In this document: positions 53,680 through 64,000 of the stretch, piece by piece
How positions within the stretch are numbered: position 1 is the stretch's first letter
How the letters are laid out: every line of letters starts with the position of its first letter
Assembly (NCBI RefSeq): GCF_964355755.1
Contig: NC_092672.1
Span: 3,658,001-3,722,000, forward strand
Length of the DNA: 64,000 nt
From: Antedon mediterranea
Taxonomy: Eukaryota > Animalia > Echinodermata
Direction of reading: 5' to 3'
The notes under the pieces: generated by a model
Databases searched by the model: none
Told to the model about the DNA's origin: nothing
What the model saw: only the letters and a program-made list of their open reading frames with translations
Program-made: the position numbers and the translations under genes

Positions 53680-56600
53680 ATGCATATAAAAGTTCTATGC
53701 GTCGCGTTTTTGGCAGTTGTCGACATTTTCCTGACAATAGTCCTATACTCTCATGGATTCCACAAATTTGATACATATCCAGGCTACTCATTCAGTACCA
53801 ACTTCTTTGATTTATGCCTATTAGGCATACTGCGTGGGACCATCATCATTGGTGGTTCTATCGGTCTCTTATGCAATCCTAAAGATGGCCAACAAAGATT
53901 AATTAAATCTCAACCATTCATAAATGCGATTGCGGGATCAATAATATTTTACGCTGGCATTAAACTTATTTTGTATTCTATGAAAGTCCCAGATATGTCA
54001 CATCATGTATGGTTTTGGACACTATTTTCATGGACAATTTTTGGATCAATTTTACTGTATGTATTTTGGAATTTATTACAAATTGCAGCAAAAACACCGC
54101 GGAATAATATAAAACTTCTTGTTATTAATTCTGATACAAATCCACATACAAGCCTTATAGAGGAGAATGGGACCGAAGAAGACGATGTATCATCATCCTC
54201 CTCCGATTCATCATCATCGGATAAAGATACAGAAGAGGGATCCAAAGCGTCGTTACTTCGTCTTTTCTCTTACTCAAAACCTGATTTACCAATTATTGTG
54301 ATTGCGTTTGTTGCATTGGTTGGAGCATCAGTAGGTAATGCATGCTATATAATATTAATTGAATCAAAACCATTCATAAATGTAATTTCAGGCTCTATAT
54401 TTTGAAGGCCATGTCCACACTGTCAAACTTAATGTGACAAAAAAATGTGATATATGGACATGACGATGTCATATCACTACCATATTTGGGCGTATCACTA
54501 CCTTATCAGGGCACACCACACTAATTTTTGTCAAACTAGTTTGATAGTGTAGACAGAACGTTAGTTGCTATCAAATCAAATTTGAACAATACCATGAAAG
54601 CCCTAGTGGTCTAATGATTTGGACATCTGCATTTCAAGCAGAAGTTCAGGGTTCGAATCTCTGTTTGATCATCACACATATTTAATCCTTTTTTTTCAGC
54701 TGAAATTTATCTACCATTCTACACTGGTGAAGTCATCAATGGAATTGTCGTTGATGGTAACGTGTCAGAGTTCACGAATGCCATCATCATCATGGCTGTT
54801 ATATCATTTGCAGGGTACGGTCCGTATTAAATAATTAATTAAAAATTTAATTATACTATAAATCTTGATACAGTAGACCCCTTTTTAATGGTACACTCAG
54901 GTAATAATTTCACCAGTGCAGCATAGCAAAAAGCTATACAAAACAACCTTTTTGCTACACATTTCTACAATTGTGTAGCAAAAAATATACAATACAAAAC
55001 TATGTTTCTTGATCAGTTTGATTAGCAATTTTGCTAAACAAAATTTTCAAATGAATTTTTTCCCTGCCAACCCTCGTAGATGGAAACATAAATACGTATT
55101 TGCCTATGAGTGAAAATAAGCTTAAGGACATTTTCCTGTAAAGCTTTGTCTACACTATCAAACTTTATTTAAAAACAAAATGTGATGTGCCCAAACATGT
55201 GATATGTCATATCACAACCATATATGTGTACATTACACTTTCTTTGTCAAACTAGTTTGACAGTAGTAAACAGAGCTTAAAACCAATAAGGATCAATATT
55301 CAACACAGTCAACTTCAGGGAACACCCCTATTAAGGGGAAACTTAGTTGGGTCCTAAAGGTGTCCTTTTAACAGGTGTTCTACCATATCTTGAACTTCAC
55401 ATAATTTGTATATTGTTAGTGCAATTGCTTCGGGGATACGTGGTGGATTGTTTAAGGTTGCCATGGCGAGACTAAACATACGTGTTCGTAATCTACTTTT
55501 CTCTTCAATCACAAAGCAAGATATTGGTTTCTTTGATCTTACTAACACTGGTAAGAAATGTTTTATTTATTTTATTACCATATATTACTGTATAACACAC
55601 CCACCCCACCATAATTTAGTCTAAATTAAGATGCTGATTAGTCCAATGTTATGTTACATGTAATCTTGCCCCTGGGACTATACTCATCATATACAGAATA
55701 TTGATTGATTTTTAATTTCTTTTATAATTTGTGTATGGAACTGTGCAATTTGTTTTTCCGTGTTCTGCATCCCGATCCCCAATTTTACTTTTTTTGGAAT
55801 ATCGTTTTAACTTTAAGTCTTGTTGTACTGATAATTGTTTTATATGTTTATATTGTATGTCTCTTTGTATTTATGGTGAAATTGCAAAATTTAATCTGAT
55901 AATAACAGAAATGAAAATATGAATTACTTTTATATATTTGTGATATGTCGAAATATATATTATTTATTTATTTTTATTTCTAGGAGATATCACTTCTCGT
56001 CTGACCTCCGACACATCGACAATGAGCGATACCGTTTGTTTGAATCTTAATATATTTTTACGGAGTACTGTCAAGATCGCCGGATTTACCGTAATGATGA
56101 TACGGTTGTCATGGCGGCTTACACTAATAACACTTCTTGCAATACCTATAATTGCGTTGGTCTCAGAAATTTATGGAAAATACTACAAGGTATTAAATAA
56201 TTGATTAAAATTCTATTATTTATAATAAATTTTATTTACCTTTATACATGTTAATGAAGCAGATATATAGTAGGAATTGTATTGTATATGTTAATTATTG
56301 TAGACTTATTTTAATGCATTCAAAATATTCTGTAATATTATTATTGCTGGATATAGTGGAAAACAAGCTTAAATTACGTTCTTTTTTATTAGAAATTGTC
56401 AAAAGCAGTTCAGGATTCACTGGCCGTTGCAAACAACGTTGCTGAAGAAGTGATTTCGTCGATGAAAACCGTGCGAAGCTTTGCTTCAGAGAAACAAGAA
56501 AATGAACGTTACGCAAATAAATTGAAAAAAACATACAAGATCAACTTAAAAGAAGCGTTAGCTTACTCAGGGTATATGCTAACAAATGAGGTGAATTATC

Positions 56601-59483
56601 TTAAGCTACAACAAAATATGTGCTCATACAGTATATCGTAGTGATATGTCCAAATATGGTAGTGATATGACATCATTCCATATTTGGGCACATCACATTT
56701 TTTTTGACACATAAAGTTTGATTTTTTGACTTTACAATGTCCTACATAGTAACACAAGTCTACAATGCGAAACGTCTGTGTATAGCATGGTCAACTCTCC
56801 CAATACCGGAAAAAGAGTCCAAAAGGTCCAAATTAAATTTGTATCATTAAAAACACATTCCGAATACAAGCAAATCGCCAATTTATAATTTTTTTCTTTT
56901 CACAGATGTTTGATTTATCCATCACAGTTGTAACTTTGTATCTAGGCGGCCATCTTGTCATAGATGGGTACTTAAAAGCTGGCAACCTTGTCTCATTCAT
57001 TCTTTACCAGATAGAGTTGGCCTTTGCATTTGAGGTACGTAAACACATAGTGCACAGTCTTTTTAAAAGCAATAACAAAATCTCATTCGTAATAACATTA
57101 TAAACTGTATTCTTTATTAGGATATATCTAATGTTTACACCGGCCTAATGCAAGCTGCTGGAGCAGCTGAGAAGGTATTTGAAATGTTGGACAATGTACC
57201 AGACAGAGACATATACAAGGAGGGATGTACATCAGACGAGCTAAAAGGTCACATAGAGTTCAAGAATGTCTCATTTGCATATCCTACAAGAAAAGATGCT
57301 AAGATATTGCAGGTGAATATCAGTGAAACTTGGGATAGATGGATCTACAGTAGAATCCTTTTGGAGGCCCTTTTCGGTGGACACTCCTATTAAGGGTCTT
57401 TTACACCTGTTCCGGTATGATTCTTGCCTGGCAGCAACAAATCAAATCAAACGACAATGTTTGATTGGCGCATAGCCATGTGGAGAATCAAGAAAACAAA
57501 ACATTGATGTTCAATTGATTTGCTGGAGCAGGTGTGAAAGACCATTTAAGGGACGGAAGAGGAACAATATATGTTGTAACACTACCGTACGTCCAACCCC
57601 TATTTCTTCATTATTTTGGGTCCTGAAAGGGGGGGGGTTCTTCATAGTAGAATTTACTTGTTTTTTAAAACTTAATTCGAGGACAAGTTAGTGCAGTATT
57701 CACCGACACATTCTTTAAATCTTTGGCAGGATGTATCTTTTGAAGTAACAGCTGGTGATGTTGTAGCATTGGTAGGATCCAGTGGAAGTGGCAAGAGCTC
57801 TTGTGTGTCACTCATTGAATGCTTCTATCAATCGCTGGAAGGTGAGGTTCTTCTAGATGGAGTTCCTGTACAAGACTATGACCACAGCTTCCTACATTCA
57901 AAGGTATCCAAAGTTGCCTTTTCCTAAGCTCTGTCTACACTATCAAAAAAATTCTGTCTACACTATCAAATATAGTAGTGATATGCCCAAATATGGTAGT
58001 GATATGACCAAATATGGTAGTGATATGACATCATCATGTCCATATTTGGGCACATCACATTTGTTGTCACATACAGTCATTTAAAGTTTGATAGTGTAGA
58101 CTTTGGTTGTAAATCAATTCAAATGTACTAAAATATCAATATAAGTTTATAATTTTTTAATTCTTCTAGATTTCTATGGTTGGACAAGAACCAGTTCTGT
58201 TTGACCGGTCAATCGGAGAGAACATTAGGTACGCTTATTCTGATCATGACTTTGAAGAAGTAAAACTTGCGGCTCAACTTGCCAACGCTCACAAGTTTAT
58301 TACAGATCTTAAACAAGGTTATGAGACTCAAACTGGAGAAAAGGGAACACAACTTTCTGGTGGGTTGATTTCGCTATTGAACTAATTAGCCCTTTTCATC
58401 AAGCTATAACATGACAAGTGCTGGTTCAGACAATGAAGATATGCATTATATAACTTTACATATTTGACCATTTTCCAGAGTGGAAGAGTTTCACAAAATA
58501 ATTCATTAAAACTGTTGGTTAACTCCCTTTCTTTAGTTCCTCCTTATACCCTCTCCATTGTTCAATAAGTGTCTCATCCAAAGCCCTTTCTACACTACTA
58601 CCAACTAGTTTGACAAAATAAGTGTGATCTGCCCAAATATGGTAGTGATATGGCAAAATATGGTAGAGATATGTCATCATCAAGTCCATATATGGTCACA
58701 TCACATTTTTTTCTCACATAAAATTTGATAGTGTAGACAGAGCTGTAGTTTGATAATGCTACTGTACTTCATAACCTCAGACTTGTTTTACTTGTTAGAT
58801 TTATAGATTTTCTGACCATGTATTTGTTTATATTATATCCCCTCTCTTTTGGTTCTTTTAATCAGGTGGCCAAAAGCAAAGAGTAGCCATTGCCAGAGCA
58901 CTGATAAGAAAGCCAAAAGTGATGTTACTGGATGAAGCTACAAGTGCTCTTGATGCTGAGAGTGAACACGTTGTAAGTACTGTAGACCCTAAAAAAGCCA
59001 TGTAATCAATTTCTAACAATGTCACAGGATTAGTGAACCTCTATTTAACAGACACCCATAAAACAAAGATGGGAAATATACTGTGTACAGGCCAACCCAT
59101 ACAGTATGTTGAGGGAACCCATATGCAGGGGCAACCCATATTTACAAGAAACCTTCAGGCTCCAACAAAGTGTTACTGAATAAGGGTGCCTTCCCCTGCT
59201 ATGATTCTAGTTCTACAGTAGTAAAGCAATTTTTTGGTGTTTTTTTTAGGTTCAACAAGCAATTTATGGACATGCGAAAGACACAACAATACTTATAATT
59301 GCCCACAGACTAAGCACAGTAGAAAATGCAGATAAGATCATAGTTATGGAGAATGGAAAAGTAGCGGAACAAGGGACTCACAATCAGCTACTGAAGTTAG
59401 ATGGCAAATACAGCAAGTTAGTACAGAGACAACTAATGGGAGTACAGTCAAAGACAGATGATGATGATGAGGAAAACGGCTAG
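53680..59483 (+). CDS. ABCB9: ABC transporter B family half-transporter, ABCB9/TAP-like, ~776 aa
   Basis: Exons 53680-54334, 54700-54814, 55420-55550, 55984-56189, 56393-56590, 56906-57034, 57121-57312, 57730-57903, 58170-58359, 58866-58972, 59250-59483. N-terminal TMD0, [21 protein letters not shown], Walker [40 protein letters not shown]. Confidence 0.88.
54600..54665 (+). mobile_element. tRNA-derived SINE head fragment
   Basis: tagtggtctaatg A-box-like and gggttcgaatc B box; stems degenerate. Confidence 0.4.
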
Positions 59484-61868
59484 GTTCTTGGTAACTAGGG
59501 AATGCAAGTACAAATACAGAATACCAAAATAGTCATTAGGAAATGTGGTTAGACCCTTGTTAACGAGGAGATACATTTTATATAACGTTAGTAATGCTTT
59601 GTTAAAATATGCATTTTTCACACCTGAAACAAAAGAAATTAAAAAAGTTTTCTTCCTAGCACTATAGGATAGCCATTTGATGAAAATTATATTTTCACAC
59701 GTCCAATCAAATGACTTCATGATTGGTAAGAGCAATAATATCGTGACAATACAACGATGTTATTGTTTTTACTGATCATGGCGTCATTTGATTAGATTTT
59801 TTTTAAATCATTTTTATCAAAGACAGCATAAATTATTTATTTTATATGACAGAGCTTTACTGTACTGTACAGATTTAAAAATCAAGATCATGTTGAGAAA
59901 TCATCAATTATCTCAAATGTTTCTAGGATACAGTATTTAAGTTGGCATGATGAATTTAGTTTTGTATATTTAGGCGATTGTTAGTGACTAATATGGTTAT
60001 TTTATTTAAATGGCTTTAGTGGCAAAGTTTTAGTACCATTTTATAAATATTTATATTATATATAAAGACAAACAGGTTATATTCTTCAACAAGATCAAAT
60101 ACATTTATTTAGAAATAAAAGATTTATAAAAATAATTTTTGAATCAGTCTATGATAAAAGTTTGTATTTCCAATCTTTTTCGTCCGATCCCCTCAAAACA
60201 TGGCCGCAATGAAAGACATGCCCATTCAACATGAGCCATTGTTAATATTTTTTCAACGGTGGTGGTATCCGCATCAGTGACGTAACGCAGAGGCCCAGAC
60301 ATATTTTGTTGCTTGTTTTTTCCTCTGGGCACCCCATAATCTCCAGGGCCCCTAGGTTTAGACGGTGAGCGCTCATAGCCATTACTCCACTGATCTACAT
60401 TCAATAAGTGTGTTTATCAATATATACATTCGATTAATACTAAAGGCACATGGAATGGATAGAATATGACTAAACTACGTCTACTAATACATATATACTC
60501 TAAGTATCACACACAAGTCTATTCACACGGTCTAAAGCTCTGTCTACACTATCAAACTAGTTTGAAAAAAAAAGTGTAATGTGCCCAAATATGGTAGTGA
60601 TATGACATCATATCCATATATGGGTCACATAAAGTTCGATAGTGTAAACAAAGTTTAAGTTCTAAGAGCACTTTCCTAAGATACAAATTTATCAATTAAA
60701 TATTATACAAATAATGAATGTTTATGAGTGCAATGGTACAAATAATGGCACGAGGTGAATGATGAAAGGTTATATCAACGAGGCAAAGCCGAGTTGATAT
60801 AACCTTTCATCATTCACCAAGTGCCATTATTTGTACCATTACACGAATACAAAACATTCATTATTTGTTTTATAACATCTAAATAACAAACAAAAATGTT
60901 TCAAAAAGTACTATTTAACGATCGTTGAATAGTGTATACTATTGCACGCCATGTGACCCACATTCGTCCAATCAAATGACAGGAATTTATATAGGTGTTA
61001 TATAATATTGTATATTCATAATATTGTCTTGAAAAAAGCATCCTTCAAATAATTGCTAAATACTCAAAGAATGCTATATTCATGCATCTAATTACAAAAC
61101 TATTGTCCCCCAAGAACATGAAGATTAATTAAATCATACTTTGAATAGGTTACACTACAGCTAATCACTTCTGTCGAAAAAAAAAACGGGGAAAAATAAT
61201 GTTTTCACTTATAAAATTACAAAATAAATGGTTAAATTCAACCAAAATCTCACTAGCCCATAGCCAAGTTTACTATTTTTGCTTTAAATTACACTTTTTC
61301 AGGTAAATCAATTTTTTTCAATCAAGTTTTTGGATAACTAATATGTGATATTAAAATGGCATATTCAACAACAAAAATTAACTTTTTTTTTTTTTTTGGG
61401 GGGGGGGGGTGGGGGCAATACATCTTTAACATTTGAACACCACCTCATCTACAATCTACTACAATACTTTAATACTACTGTGTAAAGTGCAATATAACAT
61501 GATGTAAAGTGGTTAGAAATGTATTAGGTGCTATATAATATAATAATTAAAATATAAGAGGGCACTTGCACGATTGTTCCAAATACAAATTACATTGGCA
61601 CTTTGGGCGTGGTATCAATCCTAGTGAAAGATAGAAAGAAGTTCATGGACATCAATCCAAATTTTTAAAATAATCAAACAATTTCACATTCTTCTATTTG
61701 TAACTAAATTTTCTGTGAGAGATAAAAACTGTTAAACAATTACTTTTTTATTTTAACTATAGGTCAGATCACTGTATAAAAATTATGGCTAGAATTTATT
61801 CACATTATTTACATTTACTTGATAAAGAAACTAGGTTATCTTGTCATTTTGAGCCACTTTCCCAGAGT

Positions 61869-63210
61869 TTACTTGTCAAAGACGGTTAGTTCTGTTGGCA
61901 TTTTTAGCCACCTGCCCATTTTGTTTGCCTCAATATAATCGAGTAATGCTGCCTTACACTTCCTGTAATTTTCACTTCCATTCTGAAAATAAAGTGCAGT
62001 ACAAATTAGACACATAAGTTTATGTGACAAAAAAATGTTATGTGTCCATATATGGTATGATGATGTCATATCACTACTATATTTAAGCATATTTGGACAT
62101 ATCACACTTTTTTATCAAACTAATTTGATAGTGTAGACAGAGCTTCTGTCCACGCTATCAAATTAGTTTGCCAAAAATGTTAATAGACACATACATTGTT
62201 CATGTAGGAGATACAAATGTTAGTGTAGACAGAGCTTCTGTCTACACTAACATTTATAGCTCCTAAATGACCAATATGCTCAAAAACAAGTATTTATGAA
62301 AATAAAAACCTCTACTGTACCTTTGCATTTTGATAGTTACTATGGTTAAGAAGGCCAGGTCTGTCAAAAGTCTGACAGATGGATTTGAAACGACTATAGA
62401 ATGCCGCTTTACACAATCTACTTGCACCAGAAGTGGAACTACGAAATGGGGAGCTGAAAAAAAAAAGGATTACCAAGTCAAGTAAATTTAATAACACCAT
62501 ACATTTAAAGATATATTGTCCCCCAAAAACATGAAAAATGAAGATTAATTAAATCAGACATTGAATAGGTTATTTTGTAGTTTTAATAAAGTGAACCACT
62601 TCCGTAGAAAAAAAAAAAAAATAATAATGTTTTCACTTATAAAATAACATGATAAATGGTTAAATTCAACCAAAAATTTGACAATCTTTTGCTTTAAATT
62701 CCATTTTTTTCAGGTAAATAAATTTGTTTTTTCGATCCAATTTCTGGTCGAAGTTCAAAGTTCATACACCTCCAACAGCAAGTAGCTTGGCAATAACAGG
62801 ATGGATAAACTATTTAATAATTTATCGTGCTTATAAACCAAGTCTCATTTGAGGCTAGGGAGTGAAGTTGAAAGAGTTCTAGCTAGCTTGCTAACTAGGT
62901 CAGGATTGAACCCTGGACCTTGGATTGGAAGGCAAGCACGTTAACCACCAAGCTACAGCTCCACTCCTATATTTCACTTACTATTCAGTACTGCAACCCG
63001 TCTTGGCATCTATCACTTCGTACTGGCCGTCCCCAATGCACCAGTTTACACTGGTGAAATCTTTGCTGTCATCTAGATTTGCCGTGTATGTAGTGACTCG
63101 GCCAATCAGAAGATGGTTTATAAAATAATCCGGAGGCAGGTTTACTTGGAAATCGTCGGATAGACGACAGCACATGGCTCTGGAGAGATGGCCATGATGG
63201 AACATATCAC
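61869..63210 (-). CDS. ADAD1: 3' exons of adenosine deaminase domain-containing protein (ADAD1/TENR-like, ADAR family); 5' part outside window
   Basis: Exons 63210-62982, 62453-62321 and 61982-61869 in phase: HGHLSRAMCCR..SVNWCIGD..EVIDAKTG..YSPFRSSTSGASRLCKAAFYSRF..NYQNAK..GRWLKMP. SPF....ASRLCKAA is ADAD-like rather than ADAR1/2 or ADAT1. Orthology to ADAD1 vs ADAD2 is not resolvable. Confidence 0.72.
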
Positions 63211-64000
63211 CTGAAAAGATATAATATTATGAGAACTTATCAACATCATTATTGTAATATGTAAGCATATACGAATGAAGCATCAGATGTTTATTCTCAA
63301 CTAAAATAAGGACAAAGAAATGAGAGTGAGGTGTCTTTGATTTTTTGTTTTGTTTTTATATATTTAGGAAAATTGCCAAGGATAACCATAAGCAAAATCA
63401 TTCACTATCCTCCTTAAAGGTGACAAGCCTGTTGTTCACAAGACAAACATACACAAGATGCTCTACATAAACAAAGTCTTACTACAAGTCTTTGGGAATG
63501 GAGTTGTAAATTGTCATGGTCATTAGAAAAAATTCTGACATGACAGGACTTGAACCCAGGATCCTTGGATATCGTACTACCTATCTTAGATGGCCTGTTC
63601 TTCCTTCATAAATTGTGAAAACTAAAGTGCAAAAGATATGACATATAGCCGAAGTTAACACTTTATTTAACCATTTTTAGGCCCCCTTACCCTTTTAATA
63701 AATGAAACTTGTACAGCGCCGGTGTCCCCCACCCATGTGGAGCTTATGGCGCTTTGTAACGTGCGAGTACATCAGCGAATAGCGATGTCTTCAGGTTTAT
63801 AACAATATTTATTTTATTTTATTTATTCTTTCTTTTGACTGGATTGCATTTGAACGCAGTACTGCTTTCCAAAATGGTCCAGTTACAAATTTAAAAGTAA
63901 AGGAAAATTATAACATATAAAATACTGAAAGATAAAAGCATAGTAGGCCTAATTTAAAAGATATATACAGAGAAGTTAAAAACAATTTTTGTTTCTATAA

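Noticed and set aside
60144-60404. 86-aa minus-strand ORF
   Set aside because: Overlaps a small hAT-like MITE in UTR/intergenic DNA; no recognisable protein features.

Overview
AT-rich, intron-containing metazoan genomic DNA (probably an invertebrate deuterostome such as an echinoderm; this is inference, not shown by the sequence). It is not prokaryotic, so most six-frame ORFs are spurious or single exons. Five spliced protein-coding genes can be reconstructed by hand. (1) SLF1/ANKRD32 (+, 16345-30337, BRCT plus ankyrin, ~1043 aa). (2) An unidentified ~1250-aa, mostly disordered protein (-, ~46484-37523) with a probable ~6.5 kb 3' UTR. (3) CDIPT/phosphatidylinositol synthase (+, 46811-50010, 213 aa), head-to-head with the unknown gene. 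(4) An ABCB9/TAPL-like half ABC transporter (+, 53680-59483, ~776 aa). (5) The last three exons of an ADAD1-like A-to-I deaminase-domain gene (-, 63210-61869). Intergenic and intronic DNA is dense with non-autonomous transposons: Helentron/DINE-1-like rolling-circle elements, MULE-like elements with 9-bp TSDs, Harbinger-, pogo-, hAT- and Kolobok-like MITEs, foldback elements, tRNA-derived SINEs, an L2/CR1 remnant and a Crypton-like pair. The most striking structure is at 1-6150: three related Helentron-like elements nested inside one another, each inserted in the T-rich tract just behind its host's 5' hairpin, with an inverted double-nested copy alongside that supplies the empty site. No autonomous transposase, CRISPR array, rRNA or convincing functional tRNA was seen.
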